Shown: piece after piece, positions 41,383 through 51,857 of the stretch
How the letters are laid out: each line of letters opens with the position of its first letter
Position numbering within the stretch: position 1 is the first letter of the stretch
Assembly (NCBI GenBank): GCA_963844715.1
Contig: CAWJPJ010000004.1
Span: 160,001 to 224,000, forward strand
Direction of reading: 5' to 3'
DNA: 64,000 nt
Origin: an uncultured Phycisphaerales bacterium
GTDB taxonomy: Bacteria; Planctomycetota; Phycisphaerae; Tepidisphaerales; Tepidisphaeraceae
Program-made: the position numbers and the translations under genes
The notes under the pieces: generated by a model
Told to the model about the DNA's origin: nothing
Databases searched by the model: none
What the model saw: the letters and a program-made list of their open reading frames with translations, nothing else

Positions 41383-41994
41383 ATGGCTGAACAAAAAGCG
41401 ACGAATATCACCTGGCACGAAGGATCGGTCTCCCGGGAGGAAAGGCAAAAGCTGCTGAATCAGAAGGGCGTCATCGTCTGGATGACGGGCCTGAGCGCGT
41501 CGGGAAAAAGCACGATCGCCTGCATTCTGGAGCAGATGCTTCTGCACAGGAAGAAGCACGCCTATCGCCTCGACGGCGACAACATTCGCATGGGTCTGAA
41601 CAAGAATCTGGGCTTTTCCGCCGAGGATCGGGCCGAGAACATCCGGCGCATCGGCGAAGTCGCCAAGCTGTTTGCCGACGCCGGGGCGATTGCGATCACC
41701 AGTTTCATCAGCCCGTACAAAAAGGATCGGGACGCGGTGCGGGCCAGCGTGAAGCCGGGCGAGTTCATTGAGGTTTACGTGCATGTGTCGCTGGCCGAGG
41801 CGGAGAAACGCGACCCCAAGGGGCTTTATAAGAAAGCCCGCGCGGGGCAGCTCAAGGGTTTTACGGGCATCGACGATCCCTATGAGGCGCCTGAAAAACC
41901 GGAACTGGTCATCGAGACCGAAAAGCACAAGCCCGAGCAGGCGGCTGAGGCAATCCTGGCGATGTTGGAAATAAATGGGCACCTGACGTCGTAG
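41383..41994 (+). CDS. cysC: Adenylyl-sulfate kinase
   Basis: [24 protein letters not shown] and FTGIDDPYE. Confidence 0.96.
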   Translation: MAEQKATNITWHEGSVSREERQKLLNQKGVIVWMTGLSASGKSTIACILEQMLLHRKKHAYRLDGDNIRMGLNKNLGFSAEDRAENIRRIGEVAKLFADAGAIAITSFISPYKKDRDAVRASVKPGEFIEVYVHVSLAEAEKRDPKGLYKKARAGQLKGFTGIDDPYEAPEKPELVIETEKHKPEQAAEAILAMLEINGHLTS

Positions 41995-42000
41995 TCGTAA

Positions 42001-42857
42001 ATGTCGTTTGTTGATCTCCATACTCACTCGACCGCTTCTGACGGCACGTTGTCGCCGGCGGTGCTGGTCCGCATGGCACACGATAAAGGTTTGACGGCGC
42101 TGGCGTTGACGGACCATGACACGATTGCCGGAGTCGCCGAAGCAGCCGCCGAAGCGGAAAAGCTCGGGCTCGACTTTCTGGCCGGAATCGAAATCAGCGC
42201 GGAATACCCGCGCCCCGGCACGATGCACCTGCTCGGTTACGGGGTCGATCCGGCTAACCCGACACTGAAAAATCTCACCACCACGCTGCTCGCGGGCCGG
42301 GACAATCGGAATCCGAAAATCGTCGAAAAGCTAAACGAGTTGGGCATCAAAGTCACGATGCAGGACTGGCACGATGAAGCCAAGGGGACGGTCCTGGGGC
42401 GACCGCAGCTTGCGGCCATTTTGCTGCGAAAAGGACACGTCTCATCGATCAAGCAGGCGTTCGATCAATACCTCGGCCAGGGCGCCCCGCTTATTTCGAC
42501 AAGGAGCGCCTCACGCCTAAGCAGGCGATTCAAATGATCCTGCAATCAGGCGGGGTTCCGGTTCTGGCGCATCCCGTGCAGCTTCGATATGAAAACGACG
42601 CGCAACTGGAACGGATCGTGCGGGACTTGATCGATCTCGGCCTGGCCGGGATCGAGGTGATTCACAGCGATCACGACGGGCAACTCATCAAGAAATACAC
42701 GGCGCTGACGGAGCGATTCAACTTGCTGAAAACCGGCGGGAGCGATTTTCACGGAACGAACAAGCCGCACGTACAACTGGGCGTCGCCAACGGGCGCAAC
42801 ATCCCGCGCGAATGGTTCGATTCGCTTTCTCACGCCGTTGGCGCGGGTAAATCATGA
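42001..42857 (+). CDS. PHP-domain phosphoesterase, YciV/TrpH-like (frameshifted)
   Basis: DLHTHSTASDG, TDHD, GIEIS, HLLGY, LAHP and GGSDFHG. Confidence 0.9.
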
Positions 42858-43597
42858 GCGTTGTCGGCGAACAACTCGATCTTCCTTCTCTGAACCAGAT
42901 GTTCGAGACGGCCGATCCGCGCAAAATCGTGGATTGGGCGGCCGCCCAGTTCGGCGACGATCTGGTCATGTCGTCCTCGTTTGGCGCGGAATCCGCCGTG
43001 CTTTTGCACCTGGCCACGCGCGTGCGGCCGAATATCCGGATCATTTACGTCGATACGGGTTATTTGTTCCCCGAGACCCATCGGTTCATGGAAGAGCTTC
43101 GCCTGCGCCTGGACCTGAACGTCTGGACGTATCGCACGCTGAACGATCCGATCGCCTACCTGCACAAGGCGGGGGAGGAAAATCCCGCCTGGCGAAAGGA
43201 CATTGATTCCTGCTGCGCCGCCAACAAGATCGAGCCGTTCGTTCGAGCGATGAAGGATCTCTCTCCCAAGGCGTGGTTGCGCGGCATCCGCCGTCAGCAG
43301 GCCGAGACGCGGAAGGAGAAGCCGTTTATTGAGTGGTCGGCGCGGTATCAATGCCACGCGATTTCGCCGATCCTGAATTGGGGGTCGCGCGAACTGCACG
43401 AATATTTGAAGTCGCACGATCTTCCCTATCATCCGCTGTGGGACAAGGGGTACGCCTCGATCGGGTGCAACCCGCTTTCCTGCACGCGCCCGATAGGGGA
43501 GGGCGAAGACGCCCGCGCCGGCCGCTGGGCGGGGCAGGATAGGATCGAATGCGGGATTAACGTCTCTAAGAATTCACTCGACTCGGCGAATATTTAA
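42854..43597 (+). CDS. cysH: PAPS/APS reductase
   Basis: SSFG, DTGYLFPET, CC, GYASIGC..CT, R.GRW and ECGI. Confidence 0.93.
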   Translation: MSVVGEQLDLPSLNQMFETADPRKIVDWAAAQFGDDLVMSSSFGAESAVLLHLATRVRPNIRIIYVDTGYLFPETHRFMEELRLRLDLNVWTYRTLNDPIAYLHKAGEENPAWRKDIDSCCAANKIEPFVRAMKDLSPKAWLRGIRRQQAETRKEKPFIEWSARYQCHAISPILNWGSRELHEYLKSHDLPYHPLWDKGYASIGCNPLSCTRPIGEGEDARAGRWAGQDRIECGINVSKNSLDSANI

Positions 43598-43700
43598 ATG
43601 CAACCGCGGAGGCGCGGAGAGGCGGAGACGGGCGCGGAGAAATTCAATTCAATATAAAATGAATTGGTCTTCTCCGTGTCTTTCCCGCCGCGGCCGGTTT
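43596..43700. repeat. Gene-less copy of the AACCGC(GGAG) repeat element, right arm degenerate
   Basis: Starts aaatgcaaccgcggag, identical to 49164; AT-rich core. Confidence 0.7.
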
Positions 43701-43705
43701 TCAAC

Positions 43706-44451
43706 TCAGCGTCTGGGCGTCTGTGTGGTTGTATTTGCTTTGCTCCACCAGTCTACGGCGTCGATCGCCGTTAGGAAATCCATGGGTAGATCGGGCGTTG
43801 GGTTTCCTGCGAATTTTGGGGCGAGGCAGAGGATGGGAAGTTTTCCCCATTTTTCGATGGCGCGGGGGTTGGTCTCTTCGGGTATTCCGGGGGTTTCGGG
43901 CGGATATTGATTGATCACGACCCCGGCGATGGGCGCCCCGGCTTGGCGAAGCGCTTCGCGGTCAGGAGCGTGTGATTGATCGTGCCCAGGCCGGGGCGCA
44001 CGACGATGACGGTGGGTAATCCGAGCCATTTGATCATATCGAGGACGGTATGGGACGAGTCCATGGGGACGAGCACGCCGCCGACGCCTTCGACGATGAG
44101 GATGTCGCTTTCGCGGGTCATGTTCTTGATCGCGCTGTCGATGGATTCCCACTCCAGGCTGGTTCCCGCGCGCTCGGCTGCGATGGCGGGGGCGAGGGGT
44201 TCGGCGAATCGCTGCGGGCAGATCACATTCAGGGGAAATTTTGCGTTGGCGTGGTGGGCTAGAAATTCCGCGTCCTGGCTGACGAGGCCTTCGCGGCGAT
44301 GCTCGCATCCCGTGGCCACGGGTTTGCAGACGGCGACGCGGTGGAGACGGCGCGCCAGGGAAGCCGCGATTGCGCCGGCGACGACGGTTTTGCCGACGCT
44401 GGTGTCGGTGCCGGTGATGAACAAACCCGGAATAGTTGCACGTGAAAGCAT
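43706..44451 (-). CDS. bioD: Dethiobiotin synthase (frameshifted)
   Basis: FITGTDTSVGKT, KPVATG, EGVGG and LGTINHTLLT. Confidence 0.92.
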
Positions 44452-44473
44452 TGTGTTGGTCGCTGCATTCTCT

Positions 44474-44507
44474 TCCCCTCTCCCCATGTACTCATGGGGA
44501 GAGGGGA
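44474..44507. repeat. Isolated hairpin of the DUF559-type repeat family
   Basis: cccctctccccat-gtactc-atggggagagggg between bioA and bioD. Confidence 0.75.
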
Positions 44508-44510
44508 TGG

Positions 44511-45843
44511 TCAGTCGGGAATCGACGCGATTTCTTCTCCGACAGCGCGCACGATTGTGCGCAAATCTTCCACTTCCATCGCCAGGGGCGGCATGATCAC
44601 TATCACATCGCCCAGCGGCCTGAGGATGACGCCATGCTGGCGAACGCGCTGGCAGACCGCCGCGCCTGTCCGCCGCTTGGGATCGAAGGATTGGCGCGTC
44701 TGTTTGTCCGCGACCAATTCTATGCCGACCATGAAACCCTTTTGCCGGATATCTCCGACGTGCTTTAGTGGGCGAAGTGAATCCAGCATTTGCGAAAGGG
44801 ATTCTGATTTGGCCTGTACCTTCTCGATCAGCTTGTTTTTATCGAAGAGTTCCAAGGACGCAATCGCCGCGGCACAGGCGAGAGGGTTTCCCGTGTAGGT
44901 ATGCCCATGGAAAAAGGTCTTATTTTCGTGAGGCTCGCCTAGGAAGGCTTCAAAAATCTGATCCGTCGCAAAAGTCGCCGCCAGCGGGAGATACCCGCCG
45001 GTAATTCCCTTCCCGACGCACATTAAATCGGGCGAGACATTTTCGTGGTGACAAGCGAACATCAATCCCGTTCGCCCGAACCCTACGGCTACCTCGTCGG
45101 CCACCAACAAAACATCATGTTGGGTGCACATTCGGCGCACCGCCGATAGAAATCCCGGCGGCTGAATGATCATCCCGCCGGCCCCCTGCACGATGGGCTC
45201 GATGCATACCGCCGCGATCTGCTTTGCGTTTTCCCGCAGTATCTTTTCCAAACCTTCCAGCGCCGGTCGGCGCTTCCCCCTTCAAATACATCCGGCGAAG
45301 GCGCGAAGTGGGCTTTGAACAGCATGGGAAAATACGGGCGGTGAAATGTGTCGATCCGCCCGATCGACATCGCGCCTACGGTATCGCCGTGGTAGGCATC
45401 CCTGAGCCCGACAAACTGATTTTTCTCTCCGTGCCCCAAGTTGTGCCAATATTGCGCCGCCATTTTGAAGGCGATTTCTGTCGCCGTCGCGCCGCTGTCG
45501 CTATAAAAATCTTTGTCAAACCCCGGGGGAGCAGGGGCATCAATTTCTCCGCCAGTAAAATCGCCGGCTCGCTGGCCAGGCCGAGCATTGTGGTATGCGC
45601 CACGTGATCCAGTTGGCGGCGGATCGCCTCATCGATTTCCGGGACCCGATGCCCGTGGACATTGCACCAGAGGCTTGAGACGCCGTCGAGGTATGATTTC
45701 CCGTCGCTGTCGATGAGATACATCCCCTGGGCGGCCGTGATGACCAGTTGGTCGTCGGCCAGCCAGGTCCGCATGGGGGTGAAAGGATGCCACAGATACT
45801 GGGCATCCAGCCGGCGTAGGGCGGTGGTGCGATTCGGATTCAC
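44511..45843 (-). CDS. bioA: Adenosylmethionine-8-amino-7-oxononanoate aminotransferase (frameshifted)
   Basis: WHPFT, SSLWCNVHG, YHGDT, DEVAVGFGRTG, GKGITGG and HGHTYTGN. Confidence 0.92.
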
Positions 45844-45924
45844 GCGAGTAAGCCTAGAATTACCGGGATGAACGTGCAATCTCCCGCCATTTTAGACAGG
45901 CGGGACTTGGAGTAAAATAAAGGC

Positions 45925-47698
45925 ATGCCGGCGTATATCGAAGTCAAAGATTCCAAGGGCCAGAGGCAGGTGTCTCTGGATGAGGGGCCGGTCACGATCG
46001 GGCGGAACTTCACCAATCTGCTGGTCCTCGACGAAACCCAGGCCAGCCGGTTCCACTGCGTCATCGAAAAGAGCCCGGAGGGGTATTCGATCCGCGATCT
46101 CGATTCGCGCAACGGCTTTCGCGTCAACGGCAGCCCCGTCCGCGCGGCGATCCTGTACGACGGCGACGTCGTCTCGATCGGCAAGACGGACATGCGCCTG
46201 TATCTCCCCAACTCCAAGAAAAACCCATCCGGGGGCATGGGCGGCGGGGGCGCGGATGATCCATTCCAGGAACTGGCGGACCTGGTCAGCGGCGCGACCA
46301 CCCCGAGCCTCCCGGGCGAACCGACCCGGGCGGACGAGTCCGATGCCCTGAACGAGGACCTTCCCGAACCGCCCCCGAGCCAGCCTGTCGCCTCCGCAAA
46401 TGAATACGAGCGCCTCTTGCGCGAGCGCGTGGAAGCGCTCGCCGATCGCTCGTTTGGCGAAAAGGACATCACTCTTATCAATGCCCGTGGGAAATCGGCT
46501 TTGGCGAGCGAAAAGGATACGGGCGAGGCGGTGGTGATCTTCCGGCTGATGCTGCTGCTCTGCTTCCGCAGCCGGGCGACGGACATGCATGTCGAGCCGC
46601 GCCGGAGGACGTGCAGATTCGCATTCGCGTGGACGGGGCGATGGTGGACGTCATGCGAATGAGCCGGGAACTGGGGATCAAACTCATCTCGGCGATCAAG
46701 GTGCTGTCGGACGTGGATATCGCCCAGCGGAATATCGTTCAGGAGGGGCATTTCAGCGCCAGGTTCCCGGCGGCGCCGGCAAGACCGGGGCCGGCGAGCG
46801 GCGCGTCGATTACCGCGTCAGTTTTGCCCCGGCCATGCATGGGCAAAAGCTGGTGATTCGCGTTCTGGATGCCGCCAACGCGCCCCTGCACATCGAGGAT
46901 TTGCAGCTACCCGCCAAAGCGATGCAAATCATCCGCAAGGCGAGCGAGCAGGAATCCGGCATGATTCTCGTCGGCGGCCCCACGGGATCGGGCAAGACGA
47001 CCTCGCTCTACGCCATCCTGCGCGATATTGACGTGAATCAGTGCAACGTGGTGACTATCGAAGACCCGGTCGAAATCCAACTCGAAGGGGTCACGCAAAT
47101 CCCCGTCAACGAGCAGCAGGGGAATACATTTTCCTCGCTCTTGCGGAGCATTCTGCGTCAGGACCCGGATGTGATTCTGATCGGCGAAATTCGCGACGCC
47201 GAAACCGCCCGCGTTGGCGTGCAGGCGGGCATGACGGGGCACCTCGTCTTCAGCACCGTCCACGCGCGCGACGCGTTTGGGGCGATGTTCCGCCTGCTCG
47301 ATCTGGGCGTCGAGCCGTATGTGCTGGCCTCCGGCCTGCATCTGGTGGTGGCGCAGCGGCTGGTTCGGCAGCTGTGCCGGTATTGCAAAGTTCCTCAGCA
47401 GCCGACGCCGGCGCAATTGGACAAACTCCGGTCCGTCGGGATCACGGGCGTGCAAAAGCTTTATGTTGCCAAGGGGTGCCGGCGATGTCTCAATACGGGG
47501 CACATCGGCCGGCGGGCGGTGTTTGAAGTGGTGGTGGCTTCCCCCGAGCTGCGCGAAGTGCTTTTGCGGAATCCGAATCTGGAAGATTGCCGCAAGGCGG
47601 TCGATGCCGAGTCGTACATCACGCTGGCACACAGTGGTTATCGCCTGGTCGCCGAGGGGATTGCGGCGTTTGAAGAGCTGGAAAAATCGATTGCGTGA
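45925..47698 (+). CDS. FHA-domain GspE/PilB-type secretion ATPase (frameshifted)
   Basis: FHA (IGR, SRFH, DLDSRNG); ATDMHVEP, GPTGSGKTT, EDPVE, LRQDPD and a Cys-pair zinc motif. Confidence 0.88.
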
Positions 47699-47699
47699 A

Positions 47700-47765
47700 T
47701 AGTTGCTAGTTGTTAGTTGCTGGTTGTTAGTTGCTGGTTGTTAGTTGCTGGTTGTTAGTTGCTAG
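47700..47765. repeat. 7-nt tandem array (TRGTTGY x9), interrupted by the IS
   Basis: tagttgc tagttgt tagttgc tggttgt ...; resumes as tagttgc cagtggt at 48652. Confidence 0.9.
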
Positions 47766-48650
47766 GGCCTGTCTGATGAATCGCTTTTGGTTATAAATAG
47801 CGGTTTTCAGACGAGGTGTCACGGATGCGACGTTATGAGCTCACGGATGAGCAGTACGAGTTGATCGGCGATCTGCTGCCCGGCAACGGCAAGCGCGGCG
47901 GGCAGTGGAACGACCACCGCACCACGCTCAACGGCATGTTCTGGATTCTGCACTCGGGCGCTCAATGGCGCGAGATGCCCGAACGTTACGGCAGATGGCA
48001 AAGCGTCTACGACCGCTTCAACCGCTGGAGAAAGGACGGAACGATTGATCGAATCCTCCAGCGGCTGCAGATGAGGTTGGACAAGCAAGGACGAATCGAC
48101 TGGGACCTGTGGTGCATCGACGGCACCAATGTGCGAGCCAGTCGATCCGCCGCCGGAGCCAGAAAATCAAAACCGCCCCGGAAGAACCGGCGGATCACGC
48201 GTTGGGCCGCAGCCGAGGCGGGTGGGGCAGCAAGCTCCACCTGGTTACTGACGGCCAGGGAGTTCCGCTCGCCGTCGAGGCCAGCGCCGGCCAATGCCAC
48301 GAGAGCCGGTACGTGGAGCCGGTGATGAACGCGATGCGCATCGGTCGCCGCCGTCGTCGCCCCAGGAGGCTGGCGGGCGACAAGGGATACAGTTACGGAA
48401 ATGTGCGGCGATGGCTGCGTCGCCACCGAATCCAAGCGGTGATCCCGGCGAAATCGAATCAGCCGCCGCAGGAGAACTTTGATCGCAAGGCGTATCGCCG
48501 ACGGAACGTGGTGGAGCGTTGCGTGAATTGGATGAAGGAGAATCGCCGCCTGGGCACGCGTTACGAGAAACTGGCGGTGAACTTTCAGGCCATGGCCAAG
48601 CTCGCCATGATCCGTCGCTATTTCAGGATTTTGGATTCATCAGACAGGCC
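47766..48650 (+). mobile_element. IS5-family (IS427-like) insertion sequence
   Basis: Perfect 17-bp TIR ggcctgtctgatgaatc / gattcatcagacaggcc; CTAG on both sides. Confidence 0.93.
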
Positions 48651-48654
48651 CTAG
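47816..48654 (+). CDS. IS5 transposase in two overlapping frames
   Basis: ELTDEQ..WREMPERYG.WQSVY; IDGT; GRSRGG..SKLH; GDKGY; YRRRNVVER. Confidence 0.92.
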
Positions 48655-48664
48655 TTGCCAGTGG

Positions 48665-49135
48665 TCACTCGGGCTGACCTTTTGACATATCATAAATCCA
48701 GCCGAGCGTTGCGGGTTTCCATTCGAGCAGTTCGTCCGGTTTGAAGAACAGGCCTAATTCGCGGTGGGCGCTTTCGGCTGAGTCTGATCCGTGGATCAGA
48801 TTGAAGGAATTGCTGACGCCAAAATCGCCGCGGATGGTTCCGGGCTCGGCTTTGGAGCCGAAGGTCGCCCCCATCATCTTGCGGGAAATGGCGATCGCGT
48901 CCTTCCCCTCCAGGGCGATCACGATCACCGGCGAACTGGTCATGAATTTCACTAGCCCGTCATAAAACGGCTTCCCCTTGTGCGGCGAATAATGCGTCTC
49001 GGCCAGCGACTGAGGAATCCGCATCAACTTCATGCCGACGATCAGCAGCCCCTTTTTTTCCAATCGATCGATTATCTGTCCGCAAAGCCCGCGTTGAACG
49101 GCGTCGGGCTTGAGAATGATCAAAGTGCGTTCCAT
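48665..49135 (-). CDS. ndk: Nucleoside diphosphate kinase
   Basis: ERTLIILKPDAVQR, PGTIRGDF and NLIHGSDS. Confidence 0.97.
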   Translation of the reverse strand: MERTLIILKPDAVQRGLCGQIIDRLEKKGLLIVGMKLMRIPQSLAETHYSPHKGKPFYDGLVKFMTSSPVIVIALEGKDAIAISRKMMGATFGSKAEPGTIRGDFGVSNSFNLIHGSDSAESAHRELGLFFKPDELLEWKPATLGWIYDMSKGQPE

Positions 49136-49163
49136 GGGGCACTTTTATAGCGCTTATGAAATC

Positions 49164-49289
49164 AAATGCAACCGCGGAGATGCGGAGGCGCGGAGACAGA
49201 CGCGGAGAAATCAAATTCTTTTTTTAGAGAATTGAATCTTCTTCTATATGTTTGAATTTTGTCTGCTCCGCGTCTCCGCGGTTGCATTT
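49164..49289. repeat. 126-bp MITE-like element with 24-bp TIRs and AT-rich core
   Basis: aaatgcaaccgcggagatgcggag / reverse complement aaatgcaaccgcggagacgcggag (23/24). Confidence 0.85.
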
Positions 49290-49298
49290 TCTTTTGCT

Positions 49299-49870
49299 CT
49301 AACTCGGCCCGCGTTCTTCGAGGTTATAAAGCATTGGCCCCATGCGGCGGTCCGCCCATTTCATCGATTTGTGGAGCATGAATCCGAAGACGGCTAGCAC
49401 GATGATCAGGGCGATGAGCGTTATGTTGTGTTGGATGCGCCACTGGCGGATCGTGGAGCCGTATGCGATCAGAGCCAGGACGCTGCCGACGGTGATGACG
49501 GCGTCGTAACTGGCGCACTGCCAATAGGGGCCGCCGAGGTGGAGCCACATGCCGAATTCGTCGAACGTCAAACCTAGTCCGATCCCGTAAATGACGGCGG
49601 TTATGGCGAGCTTGGTTCCCAGCGGCCTACGAAAATCAAATATGCGCCGCAGGCGCTGAGCAGAAAAATGCCATAATTGAGATGGTGGACGTGCGTTCCC
49701 TCGACGTGAAAGAACAACTGCGGCGGCAATTTTCCCGCCATGATGAAGATCACCAGAATTCGCGCGATGACGAAGGTGAAGACGAACGCCGCCAGGGTTA
49801 GGTGCGCCAGTTGATGCGTGAGCCGCTTCGGGTCGGCGGATTCGGCCTCGTTGGTCGGTTCCGGTTCCAT
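49299..49870 (-). CDS. Hypothetical membrane protein (frameshifted)
   Basis: HVHHLNYGI and GLGLTFDEFGMWL in two frames; multiple TM helices. Confidence 0.75.
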
Positions 49871-49990
49871 GCCGGGTGTTATACCCTACGAGACCTTTCC
49901 GCGCGTTTTTGGACAATTCTTACGTTGACTATTTTTCGTCGGTCCCGGTAGCTTGAATTTTAGTTGTGGAGGAATTGGATGCATTAGAAG

Positions 49991-51163
49991 GTGAGTCGAA
50001 AGCAGTCAGCCGAAGTTACCGCCGAAGCGCCGGTTATACGCCGTTCCAGATGGCGAATAGCGGGAATCGCTTTTCTGATCCTGGTTGCGATAGGCGTAGG
50101 GGTTCGCCCGTTTATGCCCCAGGTGGTGCGGTGGTATGTCAATAAAACGCTCAGCCACAATCTGCTCTACGAGGGGCGCGTTGGGGACGTCACATTGAAC
50201 CTGTGGCGGGGGGCCTACTCGATCAGCGATATTCGGATTTTCAAAAAAACCGGGGATGTCCCCGATCCGCTTTTCTCGTGCGATCGGCTGGAACTGGCCG
50301 TCCAGTGGAATGCGATTATTCACGGGAAAATCGTGGCGCAAGTCGTCATCGAGCAGCCGGAGATCAACTTTGTCGCACCGTCCGATCAGTCGGACGCTCA
50401 AACGGGTTACGGCGCCCCGTGGCTTCAAACTCTTCAGCAACTTTTTCCGTTTCAGATCAATAGCGCCATCGTTCACGGCGGCTCGATCCATTTCAAAAGC
50501 TACCTGCGGGAAAAGCCGGTGGATGTTTACATCAATCGGCTTGAGGCTTCGATCGACGATTTGACCAATGTTCGAAGCGAGACGACGCCGCTTTTGGCGA
50601 CCGTGAACGCGACCGGGCTGGCGATGGACCAGGCGCCGTTTGAATTTCACATGAAGCTCAATCCGTTTTCCTATCGTCCCAGCTTTGACATGGCGGTCCG
50701 GGTGATCGGGCTGGACGTGACGACCCTTAACGATCTGGCCCTGACCTACGGGCAGTTCGCGTTTAAGGGCGGCTTTTTCGATCTGGTGGTCGCGGTCCGC
50801 GCCCGGGAAGGGGAGATGGACGGCTATGCCAAGCCGCTGTTCCGGCAGTTGCAGGTGTTCGACATCGTCCGCGATTTGCAGACCGACGCCAACCCGCTGC
50901 AATTCTTCTGGCAGGCGCTGCTGGGGATTACGACCGGCATTTTGAAAAACCCGCCGCGCAATCAATTTGGAACGTATATCCCCTTCACCGGCGATCTGAG
51001 CGAGCCCGATACGGATTACCTTGCGGCGGTTGGGAACGTGCTGCGAAACGCGTTCATCCGCGCGTATTTGCCGCGGCTGGAAAGCGATTCGGATGAATTC
51101 GACGGCATGGAATTCCAGGCCGGGTCGATCACCGGCCCGACCTCAATCGGCGACGACCAATGA
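49991..51163 (+). CDS. DUF748/AsmA-like protein
   Basis: N-terminal TM helix, VTLNLWRGAY, GYAKPL and VLRNAFIRA. Confidence 0.75.
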   Translation: MSRKQSAEVTAEAPVIRRSRWRIAGIAFLILVAIGVGVRPFMPQVVRWYVNKTLSHNLLYEGRVGDVTLNLWRGAYSISDIRIFKKTGDVPDPLFSCDRLELAVQWNAIIHGKIVAQVVIEQPEINFVAPSDQSDAQTGYGAPWLQTLQQLFPFQINSAIVHGGSIHFKSYLREKPVDVYINRLEASIDDLTNVRSETTPLLATVNATGLAMDQAPFEFHMKLNPFSYRPSFDMAVRVIGLDVTTLNDLALTYGQFAFKGGFFDLVVAVRAREGEMDGYAKPLFRQLQVFDIVRDLQTDANPLQFFWQALLGITTGILKNPPRNQFGTYIPFTGDLSEPDTDYLAAVGNVLRNAFIRAYLPRLESDSDEFDGMEFQAGSITGPTSIGDDQ

Positions 51164-51786
51164 ATTCAAAAATCTGCTCGGCGGCAATTCTTCTCCTGGC
51201 CTTTCTCATCTGCGGCTGCGCCGGCCAAGCCCAGCAGGCGAATAAGGATTACTTCACCTCGGGCAGCAGCGAGGCTGACCAGCGCGCCGAGCAGCGCATG
51301 GCTCAGGCGCAGCAACTTCAGGGCGGATCGGGTGGATTGAGCGGCGGGACTGCCATCGCCGATGACAAGCGGTCTCTTTATGACCGCCTCGGCGGGCAAG
51401 CGGGAATCCAGGCGATTACCGAAGATTGGATCACACGCGCCATGGCGGACCCGCGGGTCAATTGGGATCGCAAAGGGGTCACCCAGGGCGGGCTGAGCAT
51501 TCACTTTGATCGCTCGATGCAATGGAATCCCACGGCGGACGCCGTAAAAACCATGAAATTGCACATCGCGCAGTTTCTAGCCCTGGCCAGCGGGGGGCCG
51601 TCCATTTATCAGGGGCGGGAAATGAAAAGTGCTCATGCGGACCTGCACATTTCCAACGCCGAATTCGACGCCGCTGTTGGAGATCTCAAGGCGACTTTGG
51701 ACAAAATGCAGATCGCCAATAAGGAGCAGAAGGAATTGCTCGCGATCATGGAGACGACAAGGGCGCAGATTGTGGAGGAGCAGTAA
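51160..51786 (+). CDS. Group I truncated haemoglobin with lipoprotein signal
   Basis: SLYDRLGG, ASGGP..YQGREMKSAH (proximal His) and ISNAEFDA; lipobox ICGC. Confidence 0.88.
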   Translation: MNSKICSAAILLLAFLICGCAGQAQQANKDYFTSGSSEADQRAEQRMAQAQQLQGGSGGLSGGTAIADDKRSLYDRLGGQAGIQAITEDWITRAMADPRVNWDRKGVTQGGLSIHFDRSMQWNPTADAVKTMKLHIAQFLALASGGPSIYQGREMKSAHADLHISNAEFDAAVGDLKATLDKMQIANKEQKELLAIMETTRAQIVEEQ

Positions 51787-51857
51787 ACGCGCGAAGAACG
51801 GCGGCGTTCGCTCGCCGCTTGGCATGATGTCGTCAACCCGTTTATAACCGCCGTTTC

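Noticed and set aside
47700..47765. CRISPR array
   Set aside because: Contiguous 7-nt units without spacers; no cas genes in the window
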